From assembly GCA_937625935.1 (NCBI GenBank), contig OW569354.1:186001-250000 (forward strand): a DNA stretch of 64,000 bases. Reading direction: 5' to 3'. The notes under the pieces were generated by a model. That model was not told the DNA's origin, made no database searches, and saw only the letters and a program-made list of their open reading frames with translations. A program made the position numbers and the translations under genes. The stretch comes from Tetramitus jugosus (Eukaryota > Protista > Heterolobosea). Shown piece after piece: positions 48,217-57,993 of the stretch (position 1 is the stretch's first letter; the number at the start of each line of letters is the position of its first letter).

Positions 48217-50475
48217 TCATATTTCGATTTCTTCAAACTTTGGCAAGTTTCTTCGTCGTTTTTGGCTGACACCCAAAATGATGGACAAGAGGAGTGAAAG
48301 CATGCAAAATACAAACTGCCCAGCAAGGAAAGGTGACGCGAAATACGAGCCAACACTAAAAACAGATATGAAGAAGTACGCCGCGCCACTCGCTGACAAG
48401 ATGACTGAGAGAATGCAGAGGAGTCCGGATAATGAAAGACAGGTGAATGTCTTCAAAAATAAACTCAATACTCTCTTCCATCTACTTTCATGGGATTGAT
48501 CTTGGTTAAATACTCGCATTGCTCTTGCACTCGATGGTACTGCACTTAAAATGATGCTTGGCAACCACATGAATAGGATAATCAGAATGCTCGCACCTAG
48601 AGCCTCTCCTCGCTTTTGAAGCAAAGTTCCCTTGACCCATGTGCCCCACACGAAATATGCGCCCCAATATTTACCTCCCAGGAGAGGTGCAATGATTATG
48701 GGCGAACAAAGAGTCAGAACAAACAATAATACAAACACGACCCAACTAATTGTCGGGATGTTCATAAATCTCCAAGTGTGGGCCCATACAGCCATCCTAA
48801 AGAACTTAAAAACAGAACTGAAGCTCATGGTTCTCTCCAGCAAGCTTGGCATTTTGGGCTTGGTACTAAAATCGCTCTCTATTTCAACGTTGAAATCATA
48901 CTGTCTCTCGTATTCGCTTTCAGACCCAGTATTAAATTCTAGTACATACTCAAGTAATTCCTGGCCGAATCCATTATATCTATCCTTGTCTCTGATCAGA
49001 ACAAAGTACATCAACTTTGGCATTAGCAACAGTATTCCATAAATAAAGAGGGTCAAAAACACCATGAGAGCTCCTTTCTGATGGTTCAGCTTTTGTAAGT
49101 AATTCAACCACAGATGGACGTGAGCAGACTTGGTTGCACCACTGAGAGAAAACTGGAATGCGGACCTTCCGATTCTATTGTCAGAATCTGTAGCAACAAT
49201 TTGGATCTTGTGGAACTGTTCGTCATTATAATCTTCAGCATTCCACTTGTATTGATACAGAACGCCTTTGGTATAATTCAAATTCCTCTCCATGATTCCA
49301 ACAGACTTTCCATCCAAATACAACTCTACCTTCTCAATTGCATGTTCGCTGAATATGAGAGACCTGATGTGAGAGCTAGTCTGCATTGATTGCCAATTCT
49401 CATTTTGAGACAGGTAACGACTGTCTTTTGGATTCGTGATCAGTACCATTGGCTTTTTAGACAACTCATCTAATGTAGTATCAAAAAATGAAAATATTCC
49501 ATTGTCTATCGCCATCACACGTATCGTACTCTTGTACTTGTAATCAGCGACCTCAAGCTCAATCAATCCATTGTCAAATCTATTATACATATCACGTAAG
49601 TGAAGGTGTCCAGTCAAGTGAACTGATGGCTTTACCTTGGAATCAGACACACTATCCATCCAAGTTTTAAACAACTGTTTCCTGTTCCAGTAGGTTGCAA
49701 TTGGATAATGACCAACCATCATGACCATGTCATGGTCCTTGACATTTTGCAATTCTCTCTTGATACTCTTCTGAATACCTCCCATCTCAATTGATGGAAA
49801 CACATTGAACGGAAAATCCAGTCCAGGTAACTCAGTACTATCATATAAAACAAATGAATATTGTTGACCACCTTCAGTGTTGTAGGTGAAAGAGTAGACT
49901 CTATGATTGCCATCTTCTGACTCTATCAAACTTCTATTCCATCTCAACGGAGCAACACCAAAGTCCCTATAGCAATTGCTACTATCATTCATTGATAACA
50001 CACCCATATCATCATGATTGCCCTTAATATCTAACCAGAAATCAGGAGAATATCTTCCATATTTTGTCAACAGAGACTGGTACGCTCTCCACTCATGCTT
50101 TAGTTGTCTATCGGCCTTGGATGTAAAACTATGTGACTCCTTGGCATGAGTAATATCGCCAGATTGGATGACAAACGATGGATTGATCACTGGCATTGAC
50201 CGATTCAAAAAAAGCTCAAATCTCTCATAGATACCAGGAATAACATTCGAGAGATGAATGTCAGATAGATGCACAAAATGAACCAAATTGGTGTGCTGTT
50301 CCAACGGAGAAGCTTCCGTGTTTAAATGATTGCTGTGCAGCTTTGGTGCCAGAGGTGCATTGACAATCAGACACGAAAGCACAACAATAAAGATGGAGGG
50401 CCATAGAGTGAACAACGGAACGACATTATCAAAAAAGCAGAATTTAATTTCGTTCTTGAGACGATGGATGATCAT
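48217..50475 (-). CDS. TMEM62: TMEM62-like membrane metallophosphoesterase
   Basis: Calcineurin-like motifs (SDIHLS, SGDITHAK, WLDIKGNHD, GHYP, GHLH), then LITNPK, an Ig-like domain and a multi-TM C-terminus. Confidence 0.85.
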   Translation of the reverse strand: MIIHRLKNEIKFCFFDNVVPLFTLWPSIFIVVLSCLIVNAPLAPKLHSNHLNTEASPLEQHTNLVHFVHLSDIHLSNVIPGIYERFELFLNRSMPVINPSFVIQSGDITHAKESHSFTSKADRQLKHEWRAYQSLLTKYGRYSPDFWLDIKGNHDDMGVLSMNDSSNCYRDFGVAPLRWNRSLIESEDGNHRVYSFTYNTEGGQQYSFVLYDSTELPGLDFPFNVFPSIEMGGIQKSIKRELQNVKDHDMVMMVGHYPIATYWNRKQLFKTWMDSVSDSKVKPSVHLTGHLHLRDMYNRFDNGLIELEVADYKYKSTIRVMAIDNGIFSFFDTTLDELSKKPMVLITNPKDSRYLSQNENWQSMQTSSHIRSLIFSEHAIEKVELYLDGKSVGIMERNLNYTKGVLYQYKWNAEDYNDEQFHKIQIVATDSDNRIGRSAFQFSLSGATKSAHVHLWLNYLQKLNHQKGALMVFLTLFIYGILLLMPKLMYFVLIRDKDRYNGFGQELLEYVLEFNTGSESEYERQYDFNVEIESDFSTKPKMPSLLERTMSFSSVFKFFRMAVWAHTWRFMNIPTISWVVFVLLFVLTLCSPIIIAPLLGGKYWGAYFVWGTWVKGTLLQKRGEALGASILIILFMWLPSIILSAVPSSARAMRVFNQDQSHESRWKRVLSLFLKTFTCLSLSGLLCILSVILSASGAAYFFISVFSVGSYFASPFLAGQFVFCMLSLLLSIILGVSQKRRRNLPKFEEIEI

Positions 50476-50512
50476 TCTGATTTGTTTTTTGAGCGAGAAA
50501 TCTAAAAAGATT

Positions 50513-50586
50513 TACGATTGACCGGGATCGAACCGGCGACCTTGAGCGTGTTAAGCTCACGATCTAACCAACTGATCTACAACCGC
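50513..50586 (-). tRNA. tRNA-Val(AAC)
   Basis: Minus strand folds as GCGGTTG TA GATC AGTTGGTTA GATC G TGAGC TTAACAC GCTCA AGGTC GCCGG TTCGATC CCGGT CAATCGT A, a full cloverleaf with anticodon AAC. A T5 Pol III terminator lies just downstream. Confidence 0.95.
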
Positions 50587-50639
50587 TGCTTCGTTTTCTT
50601 ATCTTAGAGAATTTAGCTTTTTAAACTAAAACGCAAAAA

Positions 50640-51400
50640 ATGGATCACGTTCTGCGTGAAGCACACCAAGTGACAGAGAGGTCGTCATTACTGGCACGGT
50701 AATGGTGTCTCTTAGTTCAAGCTACTGGGACCTGAGAAGGTGGCCAGTGTGCTCAAGAAGCGTGACACTGCGTCCGTGGTCATGGGTGATGAAACCTATG
50801 CACGAGCAGTGCTCAGTGGAGAGAACAAGGTAAGGCCACGGTCACTCGATACGTCGAGAGGCCACATGATCCTCTCAAGGCTGTCAACAAGAGGTTGACC
50901 AAGATGTACGAGGAGCTGCTGAATGTGGTTGACGCACTGCGTCGACAGGTCACAGAACTCACCAAGGAGTTAGGAAAGACAAAGGGTCAAGGGGGCAACA
51001 AACCGGTTCCAATACCGGAACAAGAAGTTGTCCAAGCCACTGCTAGTGAAGAGACTACTCCTGAGCTAGTGGAGGTAGAAGAACAGAGGATTGTAGCAAC
51101 ACTTCTCCAGTATTCACTTGCTCCAGGATTTGCCGGTCTCAGGAGTGAAAAAGGAAATTGCTGCATTGGCGCTGGCTGCTGCAAAAGGTATGGTTTGACT
51201 GAGAATGAACCAGTCATTGTGGATGACGACTCCAGAAAAGGAGATTCAGAGGCCATAACTCAATGACATCAAGAAAAGGAGTGCTGGGTCACACTGGTGA
51301 TCTGAGGAGCAACAAGACCCAGATGGTTCTGCCACTAAAAAAGATGAAGAATATTTGAAAGTTCACAAATCAAATGCTTGTTCAGTCAACACATGAACTC
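50640..51400 (+). pseudogene. frameshifted, GC-richer ORF remnant with coiled coil, possibly a retroelement ORF1/gag fragment
   Basis: Open segments occur in alternating frames (LGPEKVASVLKKR...; MYEELLNVVDALRRQVTELTKEL) separated by stops. It starts about 54 bp upstream of the tRNA. Confidence 0.3.
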
Positions 51401-51471
51401 AACCACAAATACCAATCAAGAACTATCCCTTCGCCCAAGAAAAGATAGAACAACAAAACTTTACCAGAACA

Positions 51472-52299
51472 ATGCTCGCTCAACAACAGGACACCAGTTG
51501 TTGCCCAATTGAACAGAGAATCAAAAACGACCACGAACAATATGTATTGTTGAAACAGTCGCCAGTCAACAACAACGACACTGACAACAAAACAATAAGG
51601 AGCGAGCTCTTGTATTTTATGACTCTAGGTGTCACATCGACAGAATTGTTGTTACAGCTTGTGTCTCGTGCAATGAACATGCAAGACTATTCCATCATTG
51701 AACAAGAGTTTGTTCAACTGCAGAATCAACAACATCCAATCTATGTCAAATGGAACACGGCAAGTCAACTTTTGGCATTCTATGAATGTCAACTGAAGCA
51801 ACAACAACTACCACAACAACCATTATTGACTCAACAGACCTCAAATGAACAACTACAACAAGATGACAAAAATAAGGAAGAACAAGCAACATCGTTGTTG
51901 ACGACGACTGTTGTTGTTCAGGAATCAACCACCACCACCACATCCAAACCAAAGACATTGGAAGTGCCAGAGCGACTTCGATCAAAGTTCAATCTCAAGG
52001 ATTTGGAAGGATCATTTGAGAACATTGTAGGAAAGGAGCTGTGCTTCTCTAGGCAAAACATGGGATATAAGGCATTGTGTGTCGGCAAGTGCAATGACAT
52101 GGTGTTGAACCAGTTTGTGTTGCATTTGGATGATGAGAATCGATTGAAGGAATTGTGCGAAACAACAGATTTCAACCGATTGCCAAGAAACGTGAGAGGG
52201 ATTGTGACAAAAGTTGTAGAGCTGCCTGCCGCCTACCGATTCAAATTCAAGAAATCAACAAGCATGATTGGTTGCTATGTACAATTTGAATACAATTAA
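51472..52299 (+). CDS. hypothetical protein; C-terminus weakly resembles the ATG11/FIP200 Claw domain
   Basis: Intact 275-aa ORF with a Q-rich linker. C-terminal beta-rich block: KFNLKD...ELCFSR...YKAL...FVLH...LPRNVRGIVTKV...RFKF. Confidence 0.55.
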   Translation: MLAQQQDTSCCPIEQRIKNDHEQYVLLKQSPVNNNDTDNKTIRSELLYFMTLGVTSTELLLQLVSRAMNMQDYSIIEQEFVQLQNQQHPIYVKWNTASQLLAFYECQLKQQQLPQQPLLTQQTSNEQLQQDDKNKEEQATSLLTTTVVVQESTTTTTSKPKTLEVPERLRSKFNLKDLEGSFENIVGKELCFSRQNMGYKALCVGKCNDMVLNQFVLHLDDENRLKELCETTDFNRLPRNVRGIVTKVVELPAAYRFKFKKSTSMIGCYVQFEYN

Positions 52300-52335
52300 T
52301 TGAGAAAATACACAAGTTGCCACAAGAAGTCCTTA

Positions 52336-53664
52336 TTATAAACTGTTTTGAAGATAAAGTGGATTGACTGAACCCTCCTGTATCAGCGCAATGAGTGTCT
52401 CTTCTGTTGTGTACGTGTGATTCTGTCTCAGTTTCTCCATGTCAGAGTTTGGCGTAATGTACAAGTACTCGTAAATGGTATGATTGCCCAGGTATCCGTT
52501 AATACAGTGTGGACAAGTCTTACCACTGTCCTTTGATTTGTTATTGCCATCGGCTGACGATGATGATGAGTCATTGGGATCTGGTGGCATGCAAACAACG
52601 GGCAACACCTGCCTCCGATGACTCTTGTTAAATGAAACAATCCGATAAATGTTCAACAATTGAAGTGCTCGATTATCCGATTTTCCATACATGACCATTT
52701 GTAGTTTACAATGTGGGCAGAGCAAAGGGACTCTCTTCACTCCCAATATGCACTTGAATGCTCTAAATTGTGTCTTGAGATCAATGTTCATCGACCGTAA
52801 TCTCTCCAAGAGATCAATGGGAGAGCTGGCGTGACCTGTTGAAATCACAGACACACCAGACAGTGCAATCGATGTCGCTGTCTCAAAATCAATCTTGTTT
52901 CTCAACTCTCCAAAATAAATCATGTCGGGATCGTGTCTCAACAGTGCATTGGCAGTCTCTGCCAATGATCTCTGCTTGCCCTGAATCTCTTGAAACATGT
53001 CAATTTGACACACGTGGAACAGTCCATGCGTATTCAAATTGACCTCCACTGGATACTCTAATGAATAAATGGACATTGTGCTATTCTTGCTCAACTCACA
53101 CAGAATACCTCGAACAATGGTACTCTTTGGTGTGTGTGTGTGTGTACGCATAGAAAGTCAGACACATGCATGTGAAATGGAGACAAGAACAAAACTACAA
53201 ACCTTTCCGCTGCCCGTGGGCCCTACGATGCACACGTGACCACCACCTCCACCTCCACTTCCACCACTACCCGATCCAATATTGTGTTGAAACACTTGAG
53301 CAATATCGGGAGGATCACCCTTGGGTTGTTCCACAAGTGGTGATGTCGGAGTCACTGGAACTGTTTTGGAGTACACTTTTTCCATGACACGACTAAAGAG
53401 TGTGGCATGAGCAGTCGTGTTTGGATAACCAATGAGCCACTTGTTCTTCTTGAGCTGTTGTTCATTGAGTTGTTTGGCGTCTTGTTGTTTTTTGGTCTTC
53501 TTGTGACTGTTGTTGTGCATGACATTGGCAGTGCTGGTGGCTACTGTGTGTAAGTTGGGTGATATATGCTTCAACAAGACATTGATTCTATTTCTCCAAA
53601 TGGGATTGTCATTTGGTGAGGATGATAATGTTTCGTTCATGTGTTGATGATCATCTTGTTTCAT
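52336..53664 (-). CDS. gspE: GspE/PilB-family secretion ATPase C-terminal domain protein (eukaryotic T2SS-derived; intron 53125-53202; ~416 aa)
   Basis: Splicing GTTTGT..CTGAC..AAG rebuilds Walker A GPTGSGKST. Other motifs: Asp box SLEYPVE, Walker B LLRHDPDMIYFGELR, His box SGVSVISTGH, RL.M, and the Zn motif LCPHCK...CPHCINGYLG...IYE. Confidence 0.88.
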
Positions 53665-53998
53665 GATCTATAATCTCGAAAAGCTTTTGTGCTCAAAATC
53701 CAGAAAAATCAATCTCTCACTTTTTTTTCACCCACGATTGTTGTTGGTCAAACCACAAATATCCAACAATCTCATTCAGGAGACACTTTTATCAAGTTTG
53801 CAGAGTCGTGTCAATCGATAAGAGTAGACAAGCCTTGTCTCTTCCTTGTTTGCGATTGCGCTTTTGCATTTCAGCGACATCTCTGATTGCTCAATAAAAT
53901 TATTGAACGTTTCCTTGAAGTTGCGGTCAACTTGAGGAAACCAACAAAAATTTGAATTACACAAACAAAAAACAAAGTCATAACCACCTATATACATC

Positions 53999-54424
53999 AT
54001 GAAGCATAACCCACTCGTCTCATCCGATGCTGGCAAGTCCAGAAAGCGCCACTTCACCGCTCCATCTTCTGAGAGAAGAATCAGAATGAGCTCAACCCTT
54101 GACAAGAAGTTGAGAGAAAAGTTCAACGTTCGCGCTGTTCCAATCAGAAGCAAGGATGAAGTCGAAATCATCACTGGTAAGTTGAAGGGACAAAAGGGTG
54201 TTGTTAAGGCTGTCTACAGAAAGAAGTACAAGATCTTCATTGAGGGTGTCCAAAAGACCAAGAACAACGGAAAGCAACCATACGATGTTCCAGTCGAACC
54301 ATCCAACGTTAAGATTGTCAAGCTCCACATGGACAAGGATAGAAGATCCCTGTTGAAGAGAAAGGGTGATGCTAGATCTGCAATCAACGGTGCTGTCGCT
54401 TCTGGTGAAAAGCACGAAGAGTAA
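53999..54424 (+). CDS. RPL26: 60S ribosomal protein L26 (uL24)
   Basis: KSRKRHFTAPSSERRIRMSSTLDKKLREKFNVRAVPIRSKDEV. Confidence 0.97.
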   Translation: MKHNPLVSSDAGKSRKRHFTAPSSERRIRMSSTLDKKLREKFNVRAVPIRSKDEVEIITGKLKGQKGVVKAVYRKKYKIFIEGVQKTKNNGKQPYDVPVEPSNVKIVKLHMDKDRRSLLKRKGDARSAINGAVASGEKHEE

Positions 54425-54531
54425 ATCTCGTTCTATTTTTCTTATCAAATTATTTTCATTCTTATCGTAACAGAAGAAACTCGACCATAACAACAAATCT
54501 CCACTTGGTTGATTCAAAGTTTGTGATAGTT

Positions 54532-55689
54532 TTATTTATTTTCAGTGCTGGTCTCGGTTGATTCCACTGCTTCTTCCTTGACTTCGACTCGTGGCTTTGG
54601 CTTCTTGTGGTAAGAAGTCACATCGAACCATAGGTAAGATCCTTCATTGCAGTGAACTTCTTCCAAGTATCTGGTCGATTCTCCTTCTCCGACAGTTTGT
54701 ATCTTGGAGCTGACGGCGGTTAGACCTCTTGTCTTGAGCATTTCCTTTTGATCAGCAGGATACAGCACGAGGAATGGTCTCTCTTGACTGCCATCACCAG
54801 TTCCTTCAATGCAGACAATCAACATGGACATCATATCCATATCTTCGATGGCCAACAATTCATTTCCTACTTGCTGATGAGCAAAGGCACGCAACTTGTA
54901 CATGGAAGGACAAATAATGTTTTGAAGCAAGACTTGATCATCATTCAACACACGTTCATACTCTTGCGCAGCCAACAACTCCCTGACACCCTCTACATCT
55001 GATCTCTGAGGATTGAAGAATTCACTCATTTCATACTCGGCTCTAAAGTGCAAGTAAGTGTTCACAGATCGATCATCCAAAAAGTCGTTCCATAGAGTGT
55101 TGAGCTCTGGGTGAGTCTTTCCAACTCCCTTCTCGAACACTGCTCTTGTGTAATGGTGCTTAAAGATTTGATCAATATCGTGAATGGTCTCTAGATTCTC
55201 CTCTGCAGTAGAGATGGTGTTAACAGCAGCAGCATCATCATCTTGAGTGTGTTCAGCAGTGGCTGATTGTTCTTGTTCCTTGTTTATAATGTTTTCTGTA
55301 GTTGTAGTAGTTGTTGATTCAGTGCTCTTGCTGTCAGAAGATGGTGATGCTTGTTGTTGTTGTTGTTGCTGGAGAGAGCAGCATGTGTAATGATGATAAG
55401 ATGATGCTTGTTGTTGATTGTTCAATGATGATGATAAAAATAGAGAGTGATCCAATTGGTTGTGGTTGTTGATGAGGAATGTGGATAATCTTTGGCAGTT
55501 CAATGTTTGTTGCTTTTGAAAATGAAAGGATCGACTCATCATAGTAGCACTGCAATGGTGGTGGTTGTTGTTGTTGTGATGAGCAGGATAACATGTGGAT
55601 GGTTGATGATGCAAAAGAGATCGGACAAGAGGTGATTTTGATGATCTTCGCATTATGTTTGTTGTGGCAAGAATATGAGTGGACAGCAT
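54532..55689 (-). CDS. DUF4919-like bacterial-type domain protein with a long, probably mitochondrial, N-terminal extension
   Basis: GTGDGSQERPFLVLYPAD...C.EG..LWFDVT motif. The N-terminus is Arg/Ser-rich and lacks acidic residues. Confidence 0.65.
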   Translation of the reverse strand: MLSTHILATTNIMRRSSKSPLVRSLLHHQPSTCYPAHHNNNNHHHCSATMMSRSFHFQKQQTLNCQRLSTFLINNHNQLDHSLFLSSSLNNQQQASSYHHYTCCSLQQQQQQQASPSSDSKSTESTTTTTTENIINKEQEQSATAEHTQDDDAAAVNTISTAEENLETIHDIDQIFKHHYTRAVFEKGVGKTHPELNTLWNDFLDDRSVNTYLHFRAEYEMSEFFNPQRSDVEGVRELLAAQEYERVLNDDQVLLQNIICPSMYKLRAFAHQQVGNELLAIEDMDMMSMLIVCIEGTGDGSQERPFLVLYPADQKEMLKTRGLTAVSSKIQTVGEGESTRYLEEVHCNEGSYLWFDVTSYHKKPKPRVEVKEEAVESTETSTENK

Positions 55690-56246
55690 TTTTGTTGTTT
55701 CGATTGTTTTTTTTTGTTGTTGTTGTTGTTGTTGTTATTGATGGTGTGATTTTGAAGCAATGCGTGTTTTTTTGTTTGTGTGAGTTGGACAAAAGTACGT
55801 GTATTCAATGTCGTTCGTTGTATATGTGTTGTACGAGGAGGAATGTCAGTGAGATGTATTAAGGATTGTGGTGGTCTCTCGTGTGGTGCCAATTGAACTC
55901 AGTTTCACTTGTGTGAGATGTGTGGTGGTGTTTAGCCAAAATAAATTTTCCGCTCCATTTTTTTTTGTTGAAGCTGAAAAATTTTCATTGAAGAATCAAT
56001 TTGGACCGAAAGGCATCAAAGTTTCGAGTTTACGCTGAGCCGATGCCCAGGGTTTTGTGATGTCATTTTTGTTGATTTCCTTCAGAATTTACTCGGCGTA
56101 CGGGTCATACAGACTCCCCCAATGTCCAGTCAATCGAGAGGACTGTTGATGATTGTCGTTGAGGAAAAATATCGTCCGTGGGCAAGAAGAAAAAAACCCC
56201 ATCAAACACTTTTAAAAGAATCTCTCTCGTATCCCAATATCCCAGG

Positions 56247-57143
56247 ATGAACACCACAAAATTCCTCTGTGTGGCTGCTCTCTTCTTCATTGCGACCCTT
56301 TTGTGTCTCATGAATGTTGAAGCCAAGAAGAACAGAATCAACAACAAGCCTTCTCTCAAGACTCTTGAAGCTCGTGTCCAACACCAACTCAAGAAGCACG
56401 TGTTGCGCAACAACAAGAAGTTTGAAGCACCAAAGAAACAAAAGAAGGCCTTTTTGGCACTCAAGAAGAGATTTATCCATGACAAGAAGAACAAGGTGAA
56501 CAACAATAACAATAGCACTGTTGTTGCCATGGCCGACAAGGGTGGCAAGAATGTTGACTTTAACTATTTGCTCTTGTCATTGAACTGGCCAGGAAGTGCC
56601 TGCATGTCCCTCAAGCCATGCCACGGCGTCACTCCAAAGTACGTCAACTTTACGATTCATGGCTTGTGGCCAAACAGTGAAGGTGGACGTGGTCCAGAGA
56701 GCTGCGGTGAAAAGTTTGACTACAATGTTGTCAAGTCCATTTTGCCAGATTTGAGATTTTACTGGCCAGACTTTAAGCCTGATGAGCCAAACTTTTGGAA
56801 GCACGAGTATGAAAAGCACGGAAACTGTGCTGTTCAAGCTGGTGTCGTCAAGAATCAACTCGACTACTTTGTTCAAACCATTAACATTGTCAAGAGATTG
56901 CCAATTATGCTCGTTCTCCAAAGTGCTGGAATCGTTCCATCAAGCACTGTAACCTACAACAGAGAAAAGATTTTGGATACGATTGAGCGATCTGGAATTG
57001 CTGGCAGACCATTCATGACCTGCGATAGCAACAAGTATGTCAGAGAACTTAGATTCTGCTTCAACAAGCAATTGCAACCTATTGCATGCACCCAAAAGAG
57101 TGGTGGATGCAGTGATGCAGTTATCTTGAAGCCTGTCGCATAA
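56247..57143 (+). CDS. secreted ribonuclease T2
   Basis: Signal peptide, CAS I FTIHGLWP and CAS II FWKHEYEKHGNC. Confidence 0.95.
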   Translation: MNTTKFLCVAALFFIATLLCLMNVEAKKNRINNKPSLKTLEARVQHQLKKHVLRNNKKFEAPKKQKKAFLALKKRFIHDKKNKVNNNNNSTVVAMADKGGKNVDFNYLLLSLNWPGSACMSLKPCHGVTPKYVNFTIHGLWPNSEGGRGPESCGEKFDYNVVKSILPDLRFYWPDFKPDEPNFWKHEYEKHGNCAVQAGVVKNQLDYFVQTINIVKRLPIMLVLQSAGIVPSSTVTYNREKILDTIERSGIAGRPFMTCDSNKYVRELRFCFNKQLQPIACTQKSGGCSDAVILKPVA

Positions 57144-57368
57144 ATTGACTCGATTGATGAATAAAATTCAATACTGTTGTTGTCATCTAAACGTGCGGCC
57201 CTCACTTTTCAATGTCGAGTCTTCCCTGTGAAAAAGCTTTGCATGCCGGCGGAACAACAAATTCTCTCCTTGAAGAAAACAACAAAAAACACAAGATTCA
57301 TTTATTCCCTCAACAACAACAATAACTATCCAACCAACTCGAGTATTTACTTTCCAAACACCTAGAAA

Positions 57369-57867
57369 ATGTCTTCCGAGCAATCTGCGACCATCATCAC
57401 CGAAAGCACAACGACTACTGCTGCTGTGATCACTCCTAGTAAAGTTCCGAACCAAATTGAAGAAGCTCTGAATCATCGTTTGCGTCAATATGCACACAAG
57501 CAATGCGATGATATCATGAAACAGTTTGCTGACTGTTCCAGAGACAAACTCCTATCTGTCGTGTTCAAATGCATTGATCATCAGAATGACCTTGTTCGAT
57601 GCATGAAGCAATAGTATGTCTATCGTCATTCATTATCTATTTTATTGTTGTTGTTGTTGTTGTTGTTGTTAGAATGATGGATTCATTCCATGTGTAACAC
57701 AAACTGACTTGCTTCTTGATTTGTGCAGTGTCAACGATGAAAACAAGGAGAAGTTGAGACAAGCTTATTTGAGGGGTGACATGATGAAGAAGAGAACGTA
57801 CAATGACTATCAGAGTGAATTAGAGGAGCGATTAAAGAATGAAGAGCCAAACAATCAATCAGTGTAA
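57369..57867 (+). CDS. CMC1: twin CX9C COX assembly protein CMC1-like (intron 57614-57728)
   Basis: EEAL..RLR..AHKQC-x9-C...SVVFKC-x9-C. A GTATGT..CAG intron leads to an in-frame second exon. Confidence 0.8.
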
Positions 57868-57993
57868 TAAACAATTCAAAATTTGTTCATTCCCGTTGTT
57901 GAACTATTGGTTTCTGGCTTATTTTGGCGCGCAATAACAATCTACGGTTAGTTCAGCTGATTATTCATCAAGAGAAAGAGGAAGAAAAGAGTG

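Noticed and set aside
52336-55689. Bacterial contamination as the source of gspE and the DUF4919-like gene
   Set aside because: gspE has a spliceosomal intron, both genes have host-like low-complexity sequence, and they flank eukaryotic RPL26.
55334-55760. (AAC)n/(GTT)n tracts here and in many other genes and introns
   Set aside because: Ordinary microsatellites encoding poly-Q/N/T; no repeat-spacer structure, so not CRISPR.
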